DNA of 64,000 nt from positions 1-64,000 of the IMG/VR virus record IMGVR_UViG_3300008117_004020. One strand, written 5' to 3'. The position numbers and the translations under genes are program-made. Below, in pieces: positions 1 through 8,749 of the stretch. The stretch is from a virus. The notes under the pieces are model-generated. The model was not told the DNA's origin and made no database searches. It saw nothing but the letters and a program-made list of their open reading frames with translations. Position 1 is the first letter of the stretch. Every line of letters begins with the position of its first letter.

Positions 1-89
1 AGACATGATAAATATTTTTAATATATTAAGAACCCTATTAACTAGAAGTTCCTAATTATAATATAAGAAATTTTGATGTATTTTCCAAG

Positions 90-121
90 AAAAAAGGGAG
101 GGACATTAGTCCACTCCCCTT
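90..121 (-). terminator. Intrinsic terminator after 142..1521
   Basis: Minus strand reads AGGGAGTGGAC-TAAT-GTCCCTCCCT followed by a T-run, 20 bp after the stop codon. Confidence 0.75.
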
Positions 122-141
122 TGTCTTTCATAGGAAATATC

Positions 142-1521
142 TTACAGGATAGGAGCTGCTGTAGTAGTTGTTGTAGTTTCTACAGAAACAGGATTTAAAC
201 ATCCATCGCCAGCATCAATTCCAAAGTCCATATCTGGACAAGGACGACCACCATCAAAGTTCTCAATTTCCAGACCATTACCAGCGCAATTCAGGATCTC
301 CTGGAGGCTATCCAAGAATGTGCTAGCTGATACTCCAGTTGGAACATAGATAGTCAGCAAATACTGATCATTATCAAATGTACCACTTGGATTGTTAAAG
401 CGAGGAACACTGTGAAGAATGTTGATAGTGTTGTAAAGACCTGTCCTAATAGCATATCCTTCTGCACCAATCAAAGCTGGGTTAGATTCAATCTCCCTCA
501 TCCTCAAATGGTTAACATTCATGCTATCTGGGAACGCCTCTTGACGATACCTACCAGACAAGATCAAGTCACGAATAACAGTCTCACCAACACCCTGTGC
601 TTGTGCAGGCTCTTGTACAGTAGTAACCAAGTCACTATCTACAGAACTTACATCACCAGTAGCAGAGTTACCAACAGGCTTAATAGCGCAAGGCTCACCT
701 GTCTCATCTACTACAGACACAAGAATCTTCAAAGGCTGCAATTCATAATGATCCCTAGGAGTGAAAGTACACTGACCAAACTTAGTGTCTTCGTATGCAG
801 CTTCCAATACCAAACCTGCAACTACATCACCTGCGCCTGCGCCAGTAACACATGTGTACTCACCTTCACCTTCATCCCTACCCATTTCTACGTCCAAAGC
901 AGAGAATACTTCTATAGCATCTGTACCATCTTGAACAAATACTTTAGGAAGAATGAATTGACTAAGAATAGGGTTAGTCATAATCCTGTCTTTCCAACCT
1001 AACAATACACAAGCTGCATCAACTGGATCGCCTGTACAAGCTGCAGAGCAGTCATCAGCGCAACATCCAGAGAATACATCTACAGTGTTGTAAATGTTGT
1101 GAGACAAGAAACGCAATGCAGGAGAACCTTTCAGGTCAATCCTCAAGCGATAGGTTTTACCACACTCAAACTGGAATCCAGATCCACCATCCAAATCCCA
1201 ACCTACAGCAACCACATGGTTAGCAGGTTCTACAGCACATGTAGTGAATACACGTGAGATGTACTTTGGATTGATCACCTTGGACTTTACAGATTCAGTG
1301 TAACCACCATGATAAGGTCCAATCTTATCATTAGTGTAGTAAGAACCTTGAGCCAGAATAAAAGGCTTACCTGTTGAGGTGACAGCCTGATAAGTGCTAG
1401 CATCAAACAATCCCAACTGACCAGCAGCTAGGTCTGCAGTGCTACCAGTAGTAGCCACTGACAAATCGCCTTCCACATCTTTACCAAGGAAGGACTTTCT
1501 AAAGGCATGATTAAAATACAT
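142..1521 (-). CDS. Conserved crAss-like virion structural protein (post-MCP, gene73-like position)
   Basis: 459 aa, Gly/Asp/Cys-rich, C-terminal poly-Thr. Lies in the block downstream of the MCP. Confidence 0.65.
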   Translation of the reverse strand: MYFNHAFRKSFLGKDVEGDLSVATTGSTADLAAGQLGLFDASTYQAVTSTGKPFILAQGSYYTNDKIGPYHGGYTESVKSKVINPKYISRVFTTCAVEPANHVVAVGWDLDGGSGFQFECGKTYRLRIDLKGSPALRFLSHNIYNTVDVFSGCCADDCSAACTGDPVDAACVLLGWKDRIMTNPILSQFILPKVFVQDGTDAIEVFSALDVEMGRDEGEGEYTCVTGAGAGDVVAGLVLEAAYEDTKFGQCTFTPRDHYELQPLKILVSVVDETGEPCAIKPVGNSATGDVSSVDSDLVTTVQEPAQAQGVGETVIRDLILSGRYRQEAFPDSMNVNHLRMREIESNPALIGAEGYAIRTGLYNTINILHSVPRFNNPSGTFDNDQYLLTIYVPTGVSASTFLDSLQEILNCAGNGLEIENFDGGRPCPDMDFGIDAGDGCLNPVSVETTTTTTAAPIL

Positions 1522-1560
1522 GATTTTAAAAATTTAGGGTTAAAAAATAAATAAAAAAGT

Positions 1561-2145
1561 TTATAAATAGTCTTTGATTTCATGATCCAACAGTCTCATT
1601 GCTATCTTATCTTCACCAAATGCATTAAGCTGATCCATCCAGTTTTGCATTTTACCATGCTCCTCATTCTGCTCTTTAAGATAGTGTAGAGCTAATTCAT
1701 ACAACATATGTGATCCATCTTTCATAGCATGTGTAGCTAAATCGCTACATTGATTAGTAATATCAATTTCATGCTGATAAGATTGTCTAATAATATCAGG
1801 AAGACCTGTGTATGTTTCAGATGGTTGTTCCAACATTGGTGTTGCAGGTTGAACTCCCATATTTAACAAATAAGTGCGTGCAATATTTGAATGCGCCATC
1901 TCTTCATCTGAATACTTTTTCCAAAGTTTAGCAGCATTTACATATCCATTATTATCAAGCCACATAGACATTGACAAATAAATACGAGATGAATACTCCT
2001 CCTGTTGAACCCTATAATTTAGAAAACTAATACATGAATCATCAATAAGAGGGTTTTTACCTGTTATTGGAGCTGTCTTAATATCAGTTTTCATAGGTTC
2101 TGCTGTAACCACTTTAAGTGATCTTTTTAAAACATTTCCTTCCAT
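1561..2145 (-). CDS. ftn: Ferritin
   Basis: Ferroxidase pattern QEEYSSRIYLSMS..W, DEEMAH, HEIDIT, YLKEQNEE in a four-helix ferritin layout. Confidence 0.9.
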   Translation of the reverse strand: MEGNVLKRSLKVVTAEPMKTDIKTAPITGKNPLIDDSCISFLNYRVQQEEYSSRIYLSMSMWLDNNGYVNAAKLWKKYSDEEMAHSNIARTYLLNMGVQPATPMLEQPSETYTGLPDIIRQSYQHEIDITNQCSDLATHAMKDGSHMLYELALHYLKEQNEEHGKMQNWMDQLNAFGEDKIAMRLLDHEIKDYL

Positions 2146-2843
2146 TAGTTAGATTTTTGCGCGTTTTGTGCTGCTCTAGTAAACTGGTTAAATGACTCAA
2201 TATCACCAGCTAAAATTGAAACAGCTTCATCTATAATAAGCTCCACCACATCATCTTTAAACTCACACTCTGTATTTAGAGTTAATTGTCCTGTAGAAGG
2301 ATTAACACAACCATCAAACGCTATATCTGCTGGTTTTCTATAGTACATCAAGTTTGCTTCTTTTATTACAAAATCATCTGTTTTATAGATCTTTATCTTA
2401 TTATTTGATATTGTAGCAAAAGTCTCTCCCCACTCAAAACTAGGTCCCTTATAATTATCTCCATAGATGATGTCTGCATTTGCTTCCTCACCCATATAAA
2501 CTGTCATAAATCTACCTTTGCATTTACTAGAATCAGCTATTGCTGTCACTCTTACAAAGTACATATAGTCAGTTGGAAAACTATCAGCCTCAAAGTATCT
2601 GGTTTCAGATTTACCCTTAACATCCTTGGATTTAATAAACTTCTGCAAATCATCAATTAAACTTAGTGTTTGTTCTGATCCTTGCTTCATCATATTAATC
2701 CCTTTCACCTGCCTTCTAAACCATTCTCTTTGTGCTTTGTTAAATGCCTCAGTAATTTGCCAACATTCAATGTTGTCATAGTCCATTGAAGAAAGTTTGT
2801 TAAGTCTTTCTTTAATCTTTATTTGAACTAGATTATTAGTCAT
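2145..2843 (-). CDS. Head-tail/ring-type structural protein (crAss gene74-like)
   Basis: 232 aa with AFNKAQ, YYRKP and CEF..DVVELIIDEAV motifs; synteny with the capsid block. Confidence 0.65.
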   Translation of the reverse strand: MTNNLVQIKIKERLNKLSSMDYDNIECWQITEAFNKAQREWFRRQVKGINMMKQGSEQTLSLIDDLQKFIKSKDVKGKSETRYFEADSFPTDYMYFVRVTAIADSSKCKGRFMTVYMGEEANADIIYGDNYKGPSFEWGETFATISNNKIKIYKTDDFVIKEANLMYYRKPADIAFDGCVNPSTGQLTLNTECEFKDDVVELIIDEAVSILAGDIESFNQFTRAAQNAQKSN

Positions 2844-3252
2844 AAGTTTTTATATAACTATTATATTCTTCAATATGCTCTTTTTTATCACTATTTGCAA
2901 GTAAATATATTCGAGCAAACTCTAGTAATTCAGGATCATCTTTAAATTTACCTAATCCTAAATTGCAAGATCCACATAACATTCCTCTAACTTTATTTGT
3001 ACTATGGCAATGATCAACAACTAATTCTGTAGAATCACCACAAATAACACATTCTTTAATAGAAGTTACAATATCTTTAAGATCTTCATCAGAAATCATA
3101 GTTCTGTATAATCCTCTTCGTGTTTCACTTCTATAAGAAGATCTACACTTTCTGCACCAACTATCAAAACCTGATTTAGTTTTATTATGCAAAGGAAAAT
3201 TTTCTGCATCTAAAGGTTTTTCAACCTTACATTTTGTACAGATTTTAACCAT
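2836..3252 (-). CDS. Endonuclease VII-family (His-Me) nuclease, probably a free-standing homing type
   Basis: N-terminal CxxC..CxxC, then C..C, VDHCH, VRGMLC..CN.GLG.F.D. ATG at 3252 overlaps the upstream TAA. Confidence 0.9.
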   Translation of the reverse strand: MVKICTKCKVEKPLDAENFPLHNKTKSGFDSWCRKCRSSYRSETRRGLYRTMISDEDLKDIVTSIKECVICGDSTELVVDHCHSTNKVRGMLCGSCNLGLGKFKDDPELLEFARIYLLANSDKKEHIEEYNSYIKTYD

Positions 3253-3494
3253 TAGCACTTCCATTTTTTTCTAGCAAGTCTTAATCTACTATTAGGATCT
3301 TTTGCTGCTTTAGGCCACATTTTCATTTGACCTGCAGACCTAGCACAAAATGACTTTTTTCTAGGACCTCCCTCAGGTTGAGGAGCTTTAAGATTACCAC
3401 CTGTAGCTTTATTGTAAGAAGCTCTACCTTTAGCATTAAGACCACCACTAGGTGATTTTCCCTCTTTTCTCTGCCAAGCTAGACTCTTTGCCAT
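3252..3494 (-). CDS. Small basic phage protein (DUF6321-like)
   Basis: MAKSLAWQRKEGKSPSGGLNAKGRASYN...RKKSFCAR...RKKWKC; start re-called at 3494. Confidence 0.75.
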   Translation of the reverse strand: MAKSLAWQRKEGKSPSGGLNAKGRASYNKATGGNLKAPQPEGGPRKKSFCARSAGQMKMWPKAAKDPNSRLRLARKKWKC

Positions 3495-3495
3495 A

Positions 3496-3735
3496 TTACT
3501 TCTTTTTAGGGTAGGGGTTTTGTTTGTGCCATTTCTTAGTAGCAGCCACTCCTTGAGCAACAGTCTTAGCTTTAGCTTCTTTAGTTAAATCTATGGTGTC
3601 CCATTTACCCTTATCTTTTGTAGGGTGATTCACCATAATATTTCCCTTTTTACCTTCCCCTCTTTCTGTAGTTTTTTTGTAAACTACATGTTTCTCTCCA
3701 CCAGCTACCACTGTCTTTTTCTTAGACTTAGCCAC
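3496..3735 (-). CDS. Small Lys-rich protein
   Basis: GTG start re-called; 79 aa; tiles with its neighbours. Confidence 0.65.
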   Translation of the reverse strand: MAKSKKKTVVAGGEKHVVYKKTTERGEGKKGNIMVNHPTKDKGKWDTIDLTKEAKAKTVAQGVAATKKWHKQNPYPKKK

Positions 3736-3739
3736 TTTA

Positions 3740-3889
3740 CTACTTCTTAGATTTAGCTTTAATCTTGCGCTCTTGTTTAAGCATTTCCTTAGTTGGCGCT
3801 TTTCCACTTCCTTTGTTGGCGCGAATATTATCCCAAAGTCCCCTCTGAGAATAAGATCCATCCTTACGCTTGATCATTTCTTTTGCCAT
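3740..3889 (-). CDS. Small Lys-rich protein
   Basis: MAKEMIKRKDGSYSQRGLWDNIRANKG..., 49 aa. Confidence 0.7.
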   Translation of the reverse strand: MAKEMIKRKDGSYSQRGLWDNIRANKGSGKAPTKEMLKQERKIKAKSKK

Positions 3890-3890
3890 A

Positions 3891-4055
3891 TTACTTGATG
3901 CTATCAGTTTTAACACTATCAACTACAACAGTGCTGTCCACCTTAACTGTATCTACAGTGGTAGAATCAGCTGTAACAACCTCAGATTCTGTAGAACCTG
4001 ATGTGCAACCATTGAATAATCCTACACCTAACAAGGTAATAAATAAATACTTCAT
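3891..4055 (-). CDS. Small lipoprotein
   Basis: MKYLFITLLGVGLFNGC signal with lipobox-like Cys, then a D-S/T-rich tail; start re-called. Confidence 0.7.
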   Translation of the reverse strand: MKYLFITLLGVGLFNGCTSGSTESEVVTADSTTVDTVKVDSTVVVDSVKTDSIK

Positions 4056-4059
4056 ACTA

Positions 4060-4227
4060 TTATTTTTTCTTTTTAGCTCCTGCAATTCTATCTGCAAAAG
4101 TGATTTTATTTTTAGGGGGTGCCAAAGAAGCAAACTTTTTTTGAGCTGGTGTCTTTGGTACTTTACCACCTTTTTCCATCTTTTTCATAATTTGTGTTGG
4201 AGTTTCCACTCCTTTAAATTGTCCCAT
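4060..4227 (-). CDS. Small Lys-rich protein (not in ORF track)
   Basis: MGQFKGVETPTQIMKKMEKGGKVPKTPAQKKFASLAPPKNKITFADRIAGAKKKK, 55 aa; tiles the gap. Confidence 0.65.
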   Translation of the reverse strand: MGQFKGVETPTQIMKKMEKGGKVPKTPAQKKFASLAPPKNKITFADRIAGAKKKK

Positions 4228-4229
4228 AA

Positions 4230-4382
4230 TTATTTACCTTTAGCCATTTTTCTAAATGTCTTAGCCAGATTGTAACGCTTACTACCTGGAGGACAGGTAG
4301 AGCTTCCAAATTTAGATCCTGTGCAGGGTTTGTCTTGACGCATTCCCTTGACAGCTTTTTGAATCCATTTTTTCTCTGCCAT
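4230..4382 (-). CDS. Small basic protein (not in ORF track)
   Basis: MAEKKWIQKAVKGMRQDKPCTGSKFGSSTCPPGSKRYNLAKTFRKMAKGK, 50 aa. Confidence 0.7.
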   Translation of the reverse strand: MAEKKWIQKAVKGMRQDKPCTGSKFGSSTCPPGSKRYNLAKTFRKMAKGK

Positions 4383-4393
4383 ATAAATAAGTT

Positions 4394-5413
4394 TTATTTA
4401 GTCCAATTCTTCTCCACCTTAGTCTGAAGATCAACTAAAAGTTGTTCATTCAGTGGATTTTTTAAATACTCTACAGCATCAGGAACAGTCTTACCTAAAA
4501 TTGTTGAGCTTTCCATGTGATAGATGAACCCATCAGATCTAGAAGCAATCAATTTCAAAGATGTCGCATCTTTAACAATTGCCCTAATCTTTAAGCTTTC
4601 CATATCCAAAGAACTAATTTCTAGGAATCTTTCAGCTGTCTTTTTCTTATTTGTATCTACTGTCTCCCCGTTGATATACTTATCCATGTTGTCATAGATG
4701 ATGTCATTAGGAGTTGACTTTTTATACTGCGTACCATTGATATCCACCAACTTAGCAACATAAAACAGTTTGTTCTGATTTTTGTCAAAGAGCTTTTGAA
4801 GTTCAGCCAAAGCTTTATTTCTAAGTTTCTTCACTTCAGTTTTAGTAGAAACAGTTTCTTCCATTTTGTCTAAGTAGAACTTAGGAGGAACTGGTAATTG
4901 TCTTGCTACATCATAAGATTTAGCTACAATAGAAAACCCACCTGATTCAATAGCAATAAGCTTAATAAGATCATAAGGGTCTTTATCAGGCTCTAAGAAA
5001 AGAGGTTCATTGCTACATGCTATTTTAATCCTACTCCAGAAATCATCATTATCAGGTTTAAGGAGTTTAATCTTATTCCAAAATTCTGGGTCATCAGGAT
5101 TAACTACGTTAGCAGCCAACTCTTTCTCTAATTGAGATACAATACTTCTAATTTGTTTAATCTTAGCAGCTTGCTCATCTGGGTCAGCAATATTCTTAAC
5201 TTCAGGAGCAAACTCATTAAGACCAGTCACATATCTTTTAATACCATTAACTTCCAGACATGCTAATTGTTCCTCATGGAATGTGTTATCAAAGAGCGAA
5301 AGTCCATACTTTTCAAGACCCATGTTTGAAGCACTAGATTCAAAAAATGGTCTTATTGAAATACTAGACTTTTTGTTTTGTGGATAGCGTTCCACCATTG
5401 TAATACTACTCAT
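4394..5413 (-). CDS. Conserved crAss-like protein downstream of the MCP (gene75-like)
   Basis: 339 aa; synteny; motifs DDFWS, PYDLIK, AVEYLKNPLN. Confidence 0.65.
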   Translation of the reverse strand: MSSITMVERYPQNKKSSISIRPFFESSASNMGLEKYGLSLFDNTFHEEQLACLEVNGIKRYVTGLNEFAPEVKNIADPDEQAAKIKQIRSIVSQLEKELAANVVNPDDPEFWNKIKLLKPDNDDFWSRIKIACSNEPLFLEPDKDPYDLIKLIAIESGGFSIVAKSYDVARQLPVPPKFYLDKMEETVSTKTEVKKLRNKALAELQKLFDKNQNKLFYVAKLVDINGTQYKKSTPNDIIYDNMDKYINGETVDTNKKKTAERFLEISSLDMESLKIRAIVKDATSLKLIASRSDGFIYHMESSTILGKTVPDAVEYLKNPLNEQLLVDLQTKVEKNWTK

Positions 5414-5442
5414 AGTTGGTTTGTTTTTATGAAGTGTTGTAG

Positions 5443-5500
5443 AACCTATTTAGAGTTGCAAACTCTACACCTGATCAGGGTGGTATGCGTACTATAGGTT
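5443..5500 (-). ncRNA. Compact cloverleaf (four-way junction) in the 5' leader of 4394..5413
   Basis: AACCTAT/ATAGGTT closing stem with arms GTA-CGCA-TAC, CACC-CTGATCA-GGTG and TAGAG-TTTGCAA-CTCTA. Confidence 0.5.
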
Positions 5501-5536
5501 GGACCTTAGAATACTATTCTAAGGGGGGAACTTTTA

Positions 5537-5683
5537 TTACTTTTTCTTGCCTTTAGTCATACCACCGCTTTTGTAAGCTGGCATTGCACTCTTAGGCGCA
5601 GAAGATTTAGTAACTGATTCTTTTTTGGTAGGAGATTTAACTACGATCCCCTTACCCATAGCTGCTTTGTTTTTACCTGCCAT
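5537..5683 (-). CDS. Small Lys-rich protein directly after the MCP (not in ORF track)
   Basis: MAGKNKAAMGKGIVVKSPTKKESVTKSSAPKSAMPAYKSGGMTKGKKK, 48 aa, double stop. Confidence 0.7.
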   Translation of the reverse strand: MAGKNKAAMGKGIVVKSPTKKESVTKSSAPKSAMPAYKSGGMTKGKKK

Positions 5684-5717
5684 TTTTTTAAATTTTATGT
5701 TGGTTTATTAATAAATG

Positions 5718-5748
5718 TGAGGGAGATCTTACGGGATCTCCCCCTCAT
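5718..5748 (-). terminator. Hairpin after the MCP
   Basis: GGGAGATC..GATCTCCC inverted repeat about 10 bp after the MCP stop. Confidence 0.6.
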
Positions 5749-5756
5749 AATATATA

Positions 5757-7382
5757 TTAGAATGAACCTCCAGTGATAGGATTGCGCATAACAATCTTCA
5801 ACACTTTGGTAGGATCTTTTACCCAGATAGCTGGCATAGTCTGAGTCATGAACACTCTATAACCATTGAATTGTCCACTAGACTGGAAGCCTTGTGTACG
5901 ACCCATATAGTCCATAGTACCATTTTGATAGAACCACTTCAGTTGGTTATCCCAACCCAACTTCAACAAGTAGATGTTGTCATTAGTGTTATCAGTGATA
6001 TCAAAGATGATAAAGTTATAAGATGACAGAGGGAAACCATCAATGATTGGATTCTCAATATCATTAGTGTGTACATTATCAAACGCAGGATTCAAAACAA
6101 ACTGAATGTTTGCCAAGAATGGGATGGTGTAGCTAGTGTAAGCATATCCAAAGTTCAAGTCCATGCCCTGACCAGTGATAGCACCAATCTCAGAAGCATT
6201 GATAATCAAACCACTGTTGATAGCCTCTTTCTTAATAGCTTCATTAACCATTCTCATACCACCCATACCAGTCTGAACAACCAGCTTGCGCTTAGGATCA
6301 GGTCCTTTGAACTCCACACGACCATTGAAGAAGTTGAAGATCTCAGACTTAAACAGATCCAAGTTAAAGCTAGATTTGTTGTAGATGCGCTTGTAAGAGT
6401 TATCCAACTGCTTCCAAAGACCTACAGACAAACGAATATCATCTGGACCATCTTGCTTAACACGACCACCATGTCCCCACATCAAGTAGGTCTCAATGTC
6501 AGTAGCAATCTTAGTGAGGTGAGCAGCTTCCAAGCTAGTCAAGAATGTACGTGAAAGTGTACCACCTTGGATAGCACGCTTAACATACTCTTTACCCATC
6601 TTAGCAGCCAGACCTTCCAAGTTTGTGATAGAAGGATCATTGCTCTTGTCAAAGTTACGCCAGATTTCAATAACTGGAACAGAACCATCATTTTGCATAC
6701 CACCCTTCATCATCAAGTCAGCACGACTAGAAATGCTATAGTGTACGTGAGCTTCAGCTCCTCCTACATAGTTGTAGAACTCCCTGAAACCAGCGCCATA
6801 TGCACCAATGTCAGAGAAACGCTCACCATATTCACCACGCGCAGAACCTTTGCGGAAGAACTTGGTACCAATTTTCAAATACTTGTCACCATCCAACCAC
6901 TTAGTGTTGTCGTTGTTAACAAGCTGTACAGTGTAAATTACACCATCAGTCAAAGGAACGATGTCTTCTGTAGGAACAACATACAATTCCACGCCATTGT
7001 ACTTATCATAAGTGATGATATCACCATGACCAAATACACGCCTGTTCATTTTAATTTTAAATGTTTGACCATCAATACCCAATTGAGCACCAGGAGTTTC
7101 AATGTTCTCAACGATGTAAGGAAGATCTTGAGAAACTGGAACTTGCCATTTGTACTCTCCGCGAGCATTGTCAACCATAATTACATTCTTGCCACCAAAG
7201 CTAGACATTTGGTACAAAGGCATTTCTACCTTTTGCGCCATTGCCCAAAGATCAACTGGACCCATATCTGTAGGTTCAGCAGACTTCAGCATGTTTACTA
7301 GGTGGTAAGAATCTACGTGTGAGCTAGCTTGGTAGCTGGTATCCCGTAGAAATATACCATTGTTTAAAACTGGAGTTGCCAT
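5757..7382 (-). CDS. Major capsid protein (crAss-like)
   Basis: 541 aa; follows portal and scaffold-like genes; GLWKQL and C-terminal AIWVKDPTK as seen in crAss-like MCPs; strong codon bias. Confidence 0.85.
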   Translation of the reverse strand: MATPVLNNGIFLRDTSYQASSHVDSYHLVNMLKSAEPTDMGPVDLWAMAQKVEMPLYQMSSFGGKNVIMVDNARGEYKWQVPVSQDLPYIVENIETPGAQLGIDGQTFKIKMNRRVFGHGDIITYDKYNGVELYVVPTEDIVPLTDGVIYTVQLVNNDNTKWLDGDKYLKIGTKFFRKGSARGEYGERFSDIGAYGAGFREFYNYVGGAEAHVHYSISSRADLMMKGGMQNDGSVPVIEIWRNFDKSNDPSITNLEGLAAKMGKEYVKRAIQGGTLSRTFLTSLEAAHLTKIATDIETYLMWGHGGRVKQDGPDDIRLSVGLWKQLDNSYKRIYNKSSFNLDLFKSEIFNFFNGRVEFKGPDPKRKLVVQTGMGGMRMVNEAIKKEAINSGLIINASEIGAITGQGMDLNFGYAYTSYTIPFLANIQFVLNPAFDNVHTNDIENPIIDGFPLSSYNFIIFDITDNTNDNIYLLKLGWDNQLKWFYQNGTMDYMGRTQGFQSSGQFNGYRVFMTQTMPAIWVKDPTKVLKIVMRNPITGGSF

Positions 7383-7414
7383 AGGAAATTTAGATTTTTA
7401 TTATTAAATTTTGT

Positions 7415-8647
7415 TTACCTTTTAAAAATATTTGTAGATCTACTAATCTTTCTTTGTTGTGCTGGTTCATATTCTTCTGAAGATGAACTAGCTATCTTAT
7501 TTGCTTGTTCTGTTTTGAGTTGCCTTACTGTTTGTTCTACAGCTTGATTTTTACCTTGCTTTACCAGATTCTGACGATATGCATCTGGATCTGACAATAA
7601 CCAAAGAGCTTCAGCTATAAGAGAGTAGTTGGGCTCAACAAACTGGTACTTCTCTAAAAGATGTCCCAACAAGTTTGTAGGCTTACCACTAATAGAAGGA
7701 TATTGTGGTTGCACTAACCCTGTATATAAATTAGCTTGTGTCTTTTTATCAAGCTTGATTCCATTAATCTCAGCTGTTTTAAGAGCTGTATATACATGGC
7801 TAACATACTCCTCTGCTGCTTCTTGCTGTTGTTGCTTAAGTTCTTCCTGCCTTGCAAGCTGTTGTTTAACAACTTGTTCTTGCATTGCATCCAATTTTGG
7901 TTTGAACTTTTTAGCTTGTTGTTCAAGTTTACCAAGGTCTTTCCATGTAGAGATTTCTTCATCAATCTCAGAATCATTACCAAAACCTGTAGCTCTCAAA
8001 TAACTTCTAATGATGTATTCTTGGTCCCCATCATCTGTAGGATCCATTTCCCTCACTTGTTCCACTTGGGCAAGTGCTGCAAACAAACCTTTCAAATCCT
8101 GACCACCATCAGCAACATACTTTGCAGCATATTGTAATTCTTCAGGCAAACTCTCAAAGAACTGGCGGGGAGTCTCTTGTCTTACAGCTTTCTCTCTTTC
8201 TTGGAAGTTAGCTTCTAATAGCTCCTTCCAATCTTTAATAGAGTACTCCTCCATGGGTTTCTCATCTTCAAAAGGAATAATAAGTCCTTCTTCAATGAGC
8301 TTAGACATTGTATCAACCAGTGCTGATTTATCAGTGCGTGGTCTTCCAGCTGTCTTAGTTTTATCTTCATCCTCAGGCAGATCCAAAATAGCATCTAAAT
8401 CTTCTTTTGTAACTGTCTTCTGAGCGTCTTCTTTATTTTCATCCTCCTCATCATTTTTAGCATTGGGATCTAGAAAAGATAGATCTACTGCGTTCTTACT
8501 AAAAATGCTGGGTTTTTTATCTTCTTCTTTTGCTGCTGGTGTAGATGTTATTACACTGTCAGCACTTGGGGCTCCCTCAAAAAGAGAGTCAACATCGAAG
8601 TCAATTTGTTGTACAACTGTCTGTGTACTACTGTTTTGTGTGTCCAT
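7415..8647 (-). CDS. Scaffold-like acidic protein (crAss gene77-like)
   Basis: Acidic/coiled-coil protein of 410 aa between portal and MCP. Confidence 0.7.
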   Translation of the reverse strand: MDTQNSSTQTVVQQIDFDVDSLFEGAPSADSVITSTPAAKEEDKKPSIFSKNAVDLSFLDPNAKNDEEDENKEDAQKTVTKEDLDAILDLPEDEDKTKTAGRPRTDKSALVDTMSKLIEEGLIIPFEDEKPMEEYSIKDWKELLEANFQEREKAVRQETPRQFFESLPEELQYAAKYVADGGQDLKGLFAALAQVEQVREMDPTDDGDQEYIIRSYLRATGFGNDSEIDEEISTWKDLGKLEQQAKKFKPKLDAMQEQVVKQQLARQEELKQQQQEAAEEYVSHVYTALKTAEINGIKLDKKTQANLYTGLVQPQYPSISGKPTNLLGHLLEKYQFVEPNYSLIAEALWLLSDPDAYRQNLVKQGKNQAVEQTVRQLKTEQANKIASSSSEEYEPAQQRKISRSTNIFKR

Positions 8648-8749
8648 AATGTTGGTTTTATTCTACACTATTAATATACGAAATATAAATTCATAAACAT
8701 TAAAAATGTACGCAAAAAATAGAAATTTTGCTAGTATAACGCTATAAAA

